Assembly: GCA_002633005.1 (NCBI GenBank)
Contig: NMRA01000061.1
Location: 386,957-450,956 of the forward strand
Reading direction: 5' to 3'
Origin: Phoronis australis
Taxonomy: Eukaryota > Animalia > Phoronida
DNA: 64,000 bases
In this document: positions 52,384 through 64,000 of the stretch, piece after piece
Layout of the letters: each line of letters opens with the position of its first letter
Numbering within the stretch: the first letter of the stretch is position 1
The notes under the pieces: model-generated
The model's database searches: none
Told to the model about the DNA's origin: nothing
What the model saw: only the letters and a program-made list of their open reading frames with translations
Program-made: the position numbers and the translations under genes

Positions 52384-55300
52384 CTTTGATATACATTACT
52401 CTATTTCAAGAGAGATGTACTAAACATTTGATAATATGCCTAATTTGTTAAATTCTAGCAACCGTGCAATCTAAATAAGTATTTTAGTTAAGTGTTTTCA
52501 TTGCACGGATTGCGCACTTATATTTCTATTTTCATAAATGTTGAACACCAACTCCAGAGATGTGACTGCTGTAATTCAACAATTTTACCAAAGTGAAATA
52601 AAATCGCATTCGTAAAAATAGAAGCTGTAAATATACCACTAAAATGTTTAGTGAAATCGACCTTTTACTGACGGTGATGAAATTTCCAGGGTCGTACGGA
52701 AAATTCCCTTAATTCCTAATTTTAGTCACGTAGTGAGGGGCAAAGAGCACAACTCGAGGGGCTTGTTTTGACGTTATCACAGGTCTTGCTCAATGAAAAC
52801 CCTTGTTTGCCTCCTGTCCCAAGACACATTAACAACACTTTCAGAAAGCACACACGATGGTATTTCTCAAAGATGGTGAAATTCAACAAAGCCCTTCTGC
52901 CTTGCTAAGGCCACTGGAAAAATTGAGATGTCAAAATGGCCAAAAACTTTCGATTCGTTTTTTTAAACCTAAAGTTTTGCAAATTCACTGTCCCAATACA
53001 AGAGAGGAGACAAGATTCTAAATGCCCTCACACTCTAGATTCAAGAAGTTTAAGATAAAAGTGTCATTTCCAACCAGATCTTTGCCAGTTTCCGCTTGTC
53101 AAGGGTACCTGTATTCGTGCCAAAAATTCCTCGCTGAACAAGGATGTGGCCGTATCCGGATGCACAAGGGCAGAGGGCAAATTTCTGGACTTCATTTACT
53201 CGAAACAACTTCAAGGGACTTCTCAGTGAATGTCATTCGTGGTAATCCCTTCCCATTTAGTCAGCAAAATTGCCGTCAAACCTGAGCCACAACCTTTTCT
53301 TCATTTTTGTGGCAGCTACAAATTCCCGAAACCTGGCTTTAGACAGAGGGTGACCCCAGCATGAGAACATCACTTGTAAGATGTCGAATGATCATCGTGT
53401 TTTACAAAGCAAAGTGAGCGTCAAGGGGGCAACCTAAATGGGTAGAAAAGTGGCGTTTTTCTTAGGACTACATGCTTCTTTGTGGCCAGACAATGCCGCT
53501 TTTTGCGTGCGCCAGTGAGTGCGCACACCAGTGCAAAGTAAAAAAAGTTTAAGTTCACAAACCACTAAAAATGCTCTGTGCTTTCTGCGTGTCTCGTCAT
53601 GTTGTTGTGCACATAGTAGCTTTCCCACATTACACCGAACAATTACCTGTTCTTTGATTTTAAGGCTATGCTTTTCTTGTAGGCCGACGCTAATTCACGC
53701 AAAACAAATAACAAACACTCTAGCTAAGGTGGCACATGACTAAGAACCTGCAAATTGTAGGGGCTAATTCGCAGCTACTTTAACAGAACATGCCCGTACT
53801 GCATAAAAGGAATTAGGGCAACGCCAATAATTTTTTTTTCAGAACATGTTCTCAAATGGTGCTCTTTCAATAATAATATTAATTTAAGAAGATCTGGAAG
53901 TCCTGGACTCTAAATGCGATGACAAGTAAAAAAATTGTCTTGGCCAACTCGTCCGCTATCGGCAAGGTGCCATGTTAATGTCAGCCTAACAAACCTTGCG
54001 ACTTTTACTAGAGGGACTACGGTTCTATTAGAAATCCGGTTTCTATTACCTTAACAGCAATGACGTTGAATAATGTATGATCTATTCATATAATAGAGAT
54101 TATTTATAAAGTTATTTTGAAGCAGTTAGTAGCCACTACAAAACATTTTGCGTGATTCAATGGTTCGAAGCCTGGACAGTTCCTCGATCTCTGTCGATTA
54201 ACTCGCTTTCATGAAGACTGCACGAACTTTCTAAGCTTCTGAAAAACAATGTTACAGCTACCAAAATGAGGAAATACCTTAAATTGCAGTTTGTTTTGGA
54301 AAGGGGTCTGGCATCAGTAACTTTTTATTATATGATATACCAGTAAAATCTATAGCTTATTTGTAGCACGTCCAAAACGTTATTGTATAACAAACTCATT
54401 GGTGCTGGCCATATTTGACAGCGTCTCCCGCTGCAAGAACCTTTCTGGCTGCCAATCTTATCAGAATAGGTGCGCCTTCAGTATTATCCCACCCAGTGAT
54501 TAGGTTTATTGGCGCCCATTTGTATCGTTACCTTTGCTTGCAAATATTTTTGCGATCTCTGCACCAATCCTGCTGAATGCCCGCACCCACTCTCCTATCT
54601 TTCAGGTCATCGCTTAATATCTACAGTCCAAATTAATCATTCGTGTCCTAGGCAACACGCCTACTAATACTCTATTATTTACTTTTGGCACTTCAGCCAT
54701 AGTTTGTAAGTTGGTTCGCATTAGGTGCCATACTAATGTAAATTCAACCATGGTTTTGAGTTGCTTTCAAGCGAAAATTGATTTGAAAGCAGCCTCACTC
54801 TCTGCCCTTGCGAATACAAAAGAAATGCCTCTTTTCCGCCCACCGCATTGAAGTAATCAACCTGGCTATAAAAGTGTTAGCGAAAACGACGGAAGTCTTG
54901 GGATAACCCAAACCTCCAGCAAAGCGTCACTAAAAATACCCTTCCGTTCACGTCACTTGTATTTTTGTTGCTTACGAGTGCTAGAGAAAACGGCTAGCGT
55001 TTTAGCCAGCACGTGCATCGAGTATAGCGAATGCCTGGAAATTTCCTGCTCTTCGCTGCAGCCTGTTTGCTAGGCTTAAAAAGACTTGTTTTTGTCCAGT
55101 TTTCATCCCTAGAACAACGTGACAAATCCAATATTTTAACAAAGCGGCATAGCAATGTTCTGCTCTGCTTACATACAGTCGTATGGTTGCCCTAATAATA
55201 CTTACACAGTTTTGACCGTATGCGCACAAAGTTTGATCCATAGAATAAATACGGTCAACATTGGAGATTTTGCTGCTGATTTTTGAATTGTTTGATCTTC

Positions 55301-57429
55301 TTTTAGCTCGTGGTCACCGGTAAACGTAAATTCAAGTTTCAAGCCCCTTGAGAACGACGGGTTCATTGTTCCGTGCGAAATGTATGACTTGGTTCATAGT
55401 TCGGTGTTTGGAAACTGACTGATTGATGATTATACAAGGCAACTATTGAAGAGTAGCTGATCCTAAACTTGTCCAGTATATCTTGTTCTGTACAAAGGTA
55501 TAAATCATTTGGAAAAAGGCGCTTTCGTTACGTCTCCAAAAATAAGAATTCATGGAAATGTTTTAAACTCGTAAAAGAGTTTTAAAATATGTACAACCAC
55601 TTGAAATCGTGGGTGCGAATAAGTGACGGTCAATTTTTACAAATAACATGGTTATTTGACTAGGCTGTATGTCCAGTCACTTTTTGTTTACTATGTACAT
55701 TAATGACTTTTTAACTTACGTGGACAAAGATGGTAATTGTAGCATTTTTGTAAATAAAAGTGTCCCAGAGATTGGTGCCCTTTAGTATGCCCATGATTTG
55801 GAGTAAGGCACTGGATTGTGCCAAATACAGTAGGAAATTATCAAATTTTCTTTTACTAAAATCTATGTTCTGAAATCTAATTAATGCTTAAACCTAACCC
55901 TAACCCTAACCGGCTAATAGATGATTTGGTAGAATGTGCTGAAACGTCATGGAAATTGCAGAAGCAGATGAAGACTCGTAAATATTGTATAGACTGGGTA
56001 TGGAAGTAAATCTCAACAGGACGAAAAAAGTATGGTATTTAGGAAAGGAGGTTAGCTCAAGAAATATGAGAAGTGGGTCTTTGACAATCATCCAATGGAA
56101 ACCGTTTTCTGTAACGAACATACGTTTTGTATTTAACAACTGAATTTCCAAGTTGAAATTTGAAAAAAAACGGTAGATTTTCTTCTGAAGTGAACAGCTT
56201 TTACGTTGGAAAAGCTAGCACACACTCTCCATTTTACACACGAGTTATTTAAGCACTTTTAAAAACAAATCTTGTGGCTTTTTCTCACGTTCAGATTAGA
56301 GAGCAATCTAGTCGCTTAGAACTATATAACACTAGTTCGCCAAAGTTTACCCCTGACCTAATTCTTTGACATTTTTCACACTAGATCATAAGCGTAAACA
56401 GCAAAATTTGTGAGTGATGCATTATGGACCTGACCGAACACCATTTTTCGAGGTTAGTCCAGTCCGTGCAATACATATATCTTCAAATTTCACATCTTCT
56501 GGTGAATTTTTAAATATAGAATAAAATTCATCTTTCCATTTAAATAAAGACTTACAGGTTTTTGATCTCAAACTAACATAAAATAAAAACTAATATGGTG
56601 ATTTTGAAAACTGTGGGAGCACGTCTGAGATTCCATCTTGGTTTCTTTGGTCTGTTTCATAAAAACTTATGTAAGATCTTATCGATAGGTCTGTAAATTT
56701 AGCCAAATGCGTACATAATTCTAAAATATAAGTTGGTAAAAGTGTGTTCTTTCTTTAAGTGGAAAGCCGGTGAAATTTGATGTTAAGTCTTTTACCAAGC
56801 TCCAATTAGATGGATCACGTCACCATACATTTTAGTAAAATTTAGTGAAAGGAAAACTACGTACATAGCAAAACAGCGGTATCAGTAACGCGACCAAATT
56901 TCATTGATTCCAGATTCGATAAATCGAGTCCCACAAGTCTATGCTATGGAATGCGCATGCCTCGAATTCATTATCCGGAAAATGGCCAGTGTTGTTTTTG
57001 TAAACCAGTCATGGTCACCGGGTTAATTTACATATTGAATTCCAGTGATGTAAATAGAAAAAATGGGTTTAAAATGAATTATAATCGCTCTTTCCTTCAA
57101 TTGTTTTGGCAGTAATTTTACTCTGGTATATTGCTAAGCGCTAGCTCTCTGCAATTTTCTGTGCACCACCACACACCCTGACAATCAGGCCCAGTTATCA
57201 GCCACACTTCCTACACTTAGGGAAAACTGAAGCCATTGCTAATGCGCTGATTGAACGCCATGTTTGTCTTCACGGATATCTGGTAAGGTGCAGGCATTGT
57301 TTGTTCAACTAGTGGACCCAGGCACTTGTCCGTACATTGTTTGCTTTCCCACTAGTTTAAGCACTGGACACTTAAACAAGATGAGAACATACCGCAATTA
57401 AAGACCACGAGTTCAATGTGACTAGAATG

Positions 57430-57500
57430 GGAAATTGAAAATCGAACTCGGGTCGCAGGAATGACAGGCGAAAACTACACCACGGATACACTTAATACGG
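57430..57500 (-). mobile_element. Probable tRNA-derived SINE head (degenerate)
   Basis: Minus strand CGTGGTGTAGTTTTCGCCTGTCATTCCTGCGACCCGAGTTCGATT resembles the anticodon and T arms of tRNA-Asp/Gly with a B box, but does not form a full cloverleaf. Confidence 0.4.
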
Positions 57501-58186
57501 TCATAAACCCGCCTTTCGACAACTATAAACGAGATTTAATTTGGACCACTTACCGATATGATATTGGTCTTAAATTTTTCGTTTTTCAAAATTGGTGTAA
57601 TTCCTGGGCTCAGAAAGAGATGACAGATCGAAATTGCTTGAGACCTAAAAATTGACTTGTCACGGTTTGTAATTCGTTTAGCTTGGTCTTGGGCTCTAAC
57701 GAATAGTCAGTTCTTTGCAAGAGCAAAATCACTTCTCGTTTGAATATAGAACAAGTTGAGACCAACAGTGGTAAGCGATTTGAACAAAAAGTTGGTTTCT
57801 TCGACGGAACATGAATTCATTGTCGTTTTAACATTTTTGTTTGCGAAAGACCGGCTCAGACATGCCTTAAGGATAGACAGAGTATATTTTCTGTGACTTG
57901 ACCGCAAACCTGAAAAGATTGCAGAGTTCTGTTTATTTTGCCGCCAAGCAGCTAAAGTTTTGCTCTGTTGAAATTAATTATAGACCCATCTTTCAGCGAG
58001 GTACATTATGTTGCCTCACTGAGTTGCTTTCCACTCATCAGACCTAAGCACCCTTTGTTGTATCACCGTGTCTCTGCGGTAACCGTCACGTGACACTGTT
58101 GTTGCTAACCAACACCCGAGGATTGTTATCCATTACTTCTGCGTTGTCATTCTTACCGTGAAGACGCGAACACAAATCACTACGCC

Positions 58187-61100
58187 ATGAATACTACTGC
58201 TCTTTGTTTGGTCATTTTAGCCTGCATTGGTAAGTTAATTTTAATAATATCAAAGTAATTATTAACGTTCGTTACTAAGATCGATTTTTAATAGCTTTTA
58301 AATAATGATTTTATACCCATAGAACCATATATTGCAATATTTTAACCCAGGAACTGTTCGTTATGTGTACGAAACTAATGCTCGGGCGTTTCTTATTTCT
58401 GATTATCTTTTATTCTTAAAAATCTCATTTTCGAGCAGATTGTCGTAAATTCCGCTGCGGTGAACATTTTCGTGTGAAACGTACAACATTCATTTTTTCA
58501 TTCTGTTAGCTGAAAAAACCCTCTCTGGGATCTTCAAGAATTTTATTTCGAGAACCCTGCTGTCGAAAATCAAGATGGGCAACTGGATGTTGAGAACTCT
58601 TTAATTTTGAGAGTCGATTTTTCAGTTCCATGCAAAAATAGTGATATTTGGGCCTTAGGAGTTAACGGTCAAGCGATCACTAGGAAAAGAAAAGTGATCA
58701 TTTCTAAAACGGGTTAGAAACCCTATTTCGGCCACAAAAACATTTTATTTAGACATCTTACACATTTAAAATTGGTCTCCAACTGTTCCGAAGTCAAAAT
58801 GGGTGTAATTTCTGGATTAGAAAAGAACTATGACAGTTTATTATTGCTTGAGACGAGACTCTACAAGTTCTAAAATCACATTTTGCATTTGGACGTTGGC
58901 CGAATTATCTGACGTGCTGCTCAGACAATAGTTCTATTTTAACCTCCCATGCTAGGTGCTTTTATCGGGAATACTATGGTAGGCAGTTGAGGGGAAAGTG
59001 TCGCCGTAAAATTACGCTCGTAATTACGAGCGTAAGTTAAATTGCAAAAGTGTTGCAGTTAAATTACGCCCGTAAATTAAATGGGGGAAATGTCGCCGTA
59101 AATTACGCTCGTAAAATACCTTAAGAACGTTCCAAATTTAAACCAATCAGTGATGACCTAACATATCCGACTGTTGCTGGGCAGCTGGTTCTTGCACAAT
59201 CGCTGACATGGTAGCAGCAATTTGATCCGCCATGATTCAGCGCTTGTATCGTAGTCATGAAATCCGCCAGTAAATAAGTATGTGTATGAGCGTGCGCGAT
59301 CGTGGATTGTAAAACCCAACGTCATTGGCTAAGAGTTTAAACTAAATTACGAGCGTAATTTTACGCCGTAAAGAATTAAATTACGCTCGTAATTTTACGG
59401 CGTAATTAATGGTGTAAATAACGGAGTAATGTACACAATTACGCTCGTATTTTTCCGGCGACACTTTCCGCCCAACGGCCCATCATAGAATACAGAATAG
59501 CGCAAATAAGTACAGAGGGCATTGCTTACCAATTGTTGTGGACAGACGTCAGTTTACAATATTGAGAAAAATCCAATATATTTTGTTTGAAAAAAGCAAT
59601 ACAGAAGAGTAAACATGCTACGATTGAACACCATACTTCTCTTGAAACTGAATAGGCGGGAATACACATCCACTATTTGGAACAACAACTTTATGATCGA
59701 CATATGTCCCAAATGATATGTGGTAGTTCGTGAGTCGCAAGCTCGTTACCAGAGATGAAACCAAGACCTGGGAAGGCGATATAAGGTCATTTATGACTAC
59801 AAGTAAGGTCATTTGTATGACACATACAATTATAAGTAAGGTAGTTATATGACTAATACAATACCAGTAATAATGGCTAAACACAAGTGAGGTAAAAAGT
59901 ACTAATCGGGATGGTAGAGGGTGGGAAAATTTGAGAAGTTTTAGATGTACGTCGAAGAGGTCGGAACGAAGGTGGTAAACAGGAAACGAGGTTACAATAA
60001 CAAATGTGAATTCCTAAGCCACGTGACAATCATCAGCCTATGAGAGCCCCAGAGCTGACCAAACTCTGGGCACGTGATAACAATTGACCGATGGGCCTGG
60101 GAGAACGACGAGTAGTCCTACACAAGGGAATTAATGGACTAGACCGAATTGAGGGGGGAAAGGAGTAAGACGGTCCATACGCTCACATAACTATATTTAA
60201 CTAGTGAAATACCATTTATGATCGACATATGTCCCGAATGATGGTAGTTCGTGCGTCGCAAGCTCGTTACCAGAGATGAAACCAAGACCTGGGTAGGCGA
60301 TATAAGGTCATTTATGACTAATACAATTACAAGTATAAGGTCATTTATATGACACATACAATTATAAGTAAGGTAGTTATATGACTAATACAATACCAGT
60401 AATAGTTAGTGCCTAAACATAAGTAAGGTAAAAAATACTAATCTCTGGTAAGATGGGCAAATAAAAAGCGCCACAAGAGATGTAGTAAGACAGCTCCGGA
60501 TTCCCGTGTTGGAGTTGCTTTAAAAATGCGGTGACATTAAAATCACAACGCAAAAATCATCATTTTCTCATTTTGATTGGCAGCCTCTGATCTGTCTAGC
60601 ACCGTTATTTTTCATCGAGATATTAGAACGCTCATTACGCTGTTGATCACTAATCAATCCCAATAGACATTTTCGACTCATTTGGCCACATGCATGAAAC
60701 TACTATTGGATAGTTTATGTTGCAATCCGGTCACAAAGATCTTACTATAGCTGGGCAACACGTTTTTTGAGACACGAAATCAACACTCTTCTCTATCGGT
60801 GATCTTAATGTCGTGATTTCTAACGGCACTGTTTCGGAAGTATGAGAGAAACGAAACAGAGGTAATAAAAAGACCCATAATAAAACGTCTCGTGCCCAAG
60901 CCTCACGATGACGCTGATCGGTTTAGCCATTGGGCGTCATCTTGGGGACGAGGCTGCGGACTTTCCGGTCGAAAAGTTTAGGTTATCCGGAAAATAACAA
61001 TTAACATATTCTGAAACATGAATATCAGAAAGTGGGTTTACTCGCAATTAGAAATAAAAGATTACCTGCTCCAACTGAATGGCAATGGTTAAAATTTGAA

Positions 61101-62550
61101 ACGGTCTGTGTGTCACGAATCTTTCGGAAGTATCCTTGCCCAGTGTTGAATGTTATTCGTGGTTACATGAGTTTCAACTTAACCTTTAGGTGGTTTTATG
61201 GCAGCTAGAATTTGCAGAAATATTTCAGGGGAAAAGAAGCCCGCTTCTAATTTTATGTTTATTGTCACGCAGGTAAAATGATTTAATTAAATGTCAGATT
61301 TTCATTTAAATTTTCATCTTCGTGATGAATGAGATTACTAAGTTCTGCTGATGTTTGTTCGTTGTCAATTCATAACTACTCATGCAATGACGCAGAGGGT
61401 TCACTATTGCTTAGAAAACTATATACAAATCAAGGTCCGATCTACACGCTAGCCAAGTGAACAGATCTGTGCCACAGGAGTAAACGTGTATTGCAAAATC
61501 TCTTTCAGCGTTCACTTGTGTGGCTTCAGCGTCACCTGTCGCTGCCGGGTAACGACAAAGCCCATACGACTTATACCTTTATGCAAACGCAAAGCCAGAT
61601 TATTAGTCATCCGTTGCGAAAGTGATAAAAGGCTGAATTTATTATGCAATTGTGTATCTGGAGTAAATATTTAATTTGCATTTAGATGCAGTACTCTGTT
61701 CAAGCAGTTCGAGCATTGTTTGTGGAAGTTAGACAAAAGTCCCTGGAAACACGTTTCCGAGACAGTCAGCATTGTGTATACTTCACACACACCGCACACA
61801 AACTTAGATGAAATTATTTTTATGCTAAGGCTGTCCACAATGAGGACAAAGATACTACAATATCTTTGATGAGGATTTGTTTTCCGTCACCCTTCTGGCA
61901 CTCACCTGAGATAGGTGCGTAGGTCGGAATGTTCCGATTGCCGAGGATCACAAAAATTTAAACCTCATCGACAGCTTTTAGATAAACGCATTTCGAACGA
62001 TGCACTTACAACGTCTACCAGCACGAGCATGTTAAAATAGGAGACCACGTGGAAAAATTCTCAAAATTTGACGCTAGTGTGAAATTTGGAGACAGTCCTG
62101 TCGCAAACACACAGACGCGCACACACACGCAAACACACCGTCTACGATTCATGTCTGTATTGATTAGCAGTGGCACACAATTCAGCTTCTTTTTGCTTTT
62201 ACTGAGTCGGTGTAAAGGAATTGTTTTAAAACCTTTGTTGCACTTTTTCTTTAATTGTTGCATGTTATCATTTATCAGCATCGCCTTTATACATGTAGAT
62301 AACTTTCTTCGTACTCGCAAATAGTCAGGATTACACTGCAAGTAGCACTTTCAACCATCGATAACGCTTTAACTGTCATCGTGATCAAATTTACAAGTTA
62401 ACAAAATTCATACAGGTTTTGTGTTGTTTTACAGGCACATCGATGGCCCTTGAATGCTACATTTGCTCCAGCGTAACCACAGGTTGTGGCGACCCCTTTG
62501 ACAAGACTAAGAACCTGACAACTTCAACAGCCTGTACAGATTCCTGCATG
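58187..62550 (+). CDS. Ly6/uPAR three-finger protein, quiver/sleepless-like; first two exons only (remaining exons not found, probably beyond the window)
   Basis: Exon 58187-58229 encodes MNTTALCLVILACIG|gtaagt (signal peptide, phase 1). Exon 62435-62550 encodes TSMALECYICSSVTTGCGDPFDKTKNLTTSTACTDSCM|gtaagt. The LxCYxC..CxDPF pattern is typical of invertebrate Ly6 proteins. Confidence 0.82.
58975..59487. mobile_element. MITE with TAT...ATA termini, 6-bp TSD GAATAC and subterminal AATTACG repeats (IS3EU-like signature)
   Basis: TIRs tatggtaggcagttgaggggaaagtgtcgccg and cggcgacactttccgcccaacggcccatcata; gaatac at 58969-58974 and 59488-59493. Confidence 0.75.
59690..60443. repeat. Pair of ~220-bp direct repeats (59690-59907 and 60215-60443) flanking a ~300-bp spacer
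   Basis: Both start tttatgatcgacatatgtccc and end aggtaaaaa.tactaatc. Confidence 0.85.
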
Positions 62551-64000
62551 GTAAGTTGAATCAACTTCTGTTTAGTTTGCGCGTGTCAATAAATACAAAA
62601 GCGGCGGCTAAAATCTTCATCATTTTAATGTTAAAACATATGGGAAACGTGTTTAACTTCAGTTTGAAATAAACGGAATCAAGTACTCCGAGTATTTCCT
62701 AAAAGGATAGATCTACTTAAAAGACTTCGTGTAAGAGTTCAACTGTTTCTGTGGAATCGCTTTTCTAAAACGGTATCGAGTTTGACTGGTTTTGTGTGTT
62801 CTTGAAGCGGCTAGTTAACCCCGCCTTCCATCACAAAAAATGATTTAAACTTGATAGTTGGGCATCGAACAAGGGTTCCTTACTCAAACTGGAGTTGGAG
62901 GACATGACACTTTATGCTCCGATAATGGCCTCAAGAATTACCTGTAGTTTTGATCGAGCCAGGTCTTTTCAAACCCTGCAATCGTTTCTGATCACAGTAT
63001 GGAACAAGGACAGACCGAAACCCGACAGCCTAGTGGGAGCGGGGGAGGGGTATCAATAACATTTACTAGCTTTGAAATGAGAATCACTCCTTTGAAATGA
63101 TCCCCAACAGCACACAATATTTGTCGCAGCAAAGAATTTGCGCCTTCATTGCGCATGACCCATTTTTCACACTGACCATTCAAAATGCAGAGGTTCGTCC
63201 TACAGATCGGGGCCGAGTTCAGCCTGTAAAATCTTCGCTTGTGGAACGGAAGTAATCAATTCAGCCCCAATGATTCATGAATTCTGTCCTACAATTAAAC
63301 AATCGAACATCACCCACCAGTAGTTTAGTGTAGACCGTTTGAGAATATTCAGGTAATACTCGACTTTTTCTTCAAATGAACCTCTTCCTTTGTTCATTCA
63401 CCCTTTTCGGCACTTTTGAGACTTCACCCATGGATACGATTGGTTCGTACACTATAGTTGTGGTTCATCGTCACTGGTAGAGCTTTTCATCATCACCACC
63501 AAGTTGCTTTGGAACAAAGTCACCTTCATCACTAACTAAGCCCTCCAAAAAATTCTCATCTCCATCTAACCCATGTGACACATCACGTACCAACTCGAGG
63601 GTTTCTTTGTAGATTTGAATCTAAAAATTCAGAGTCAGGGAATCAATTAGCCCATTCAATTTTGGTGCTACATTACACGTGTCTCAAAGTAAAAATCGTG
63701 TCAAATAGCGAGTAATAAACAATAACATAAGGTCATAAAGACACTGGCTGTGATCCTATACTATCATGATGTTGAATGTAGGCCTAATGTCAAAGCGACA
63801 ACGGACGAACGATTCTGTAGAACAAAAAATCCCAATGTTAATTTTATTTACACAAAAATTAATATCTGACAAGTCAACTAACAAACTGTTTAGAATAATA
63901 AGTATATTGCTCAAAACAAAAAAACAAACTGCGGCGCTTTCAGTTTGTTAAAAAACACTTAGGGAGAAGACTAAACACAAGTGTTGGCATGGTGATGATG

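Noticed and set aside
55890-55910. cctaaccctaaccctaacc telomere-like motif
   Set aside because: Only about three units; such motifs are common inside invertebrate repeats, and this is not a telomere.

Overview
AT-rich, intron-containing animal DNA. It resembles a marine lophotrochozoan, but that is inference. Left third (~0.6-19.9 kb): three diverged segmental repeat units, each carrying a minus-strand tRNA-Lys(UUU). Copies 1 and 3 are intact and identical. Copy 2 is split inside its A box by a ~7.6-kb decayed DNA transposon whose transposase motifs match the small-RNA-gene-targeting Dada superfamily; one MITE is nested in it and one lies just outside. Middle: a 4-coding-exon divergent PRD-class Q50 homeobox gene (+), converging on a 6-exon, ~1418-aa secreted fibrinogen-related (angiopoietin-like) gene (-). 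That gene's 3.2-kb exon encodes ~10 copies of an unfamiliar Cys-rich module. A ~4.7-kb block (30.9-35.7 kb) is repeated after a ~1-kb N gap (36.7-41.1 kb), most likely two haplotypes assembled in tandem; it includes a Penelope GIY-YIG fragment with a degenerate hammerhead. Right end: the first two exons of a Ly6/quiver-like three-finger gene and several MITEs. Gene models were spliced and frame-checked by hand; no database searches were possible.
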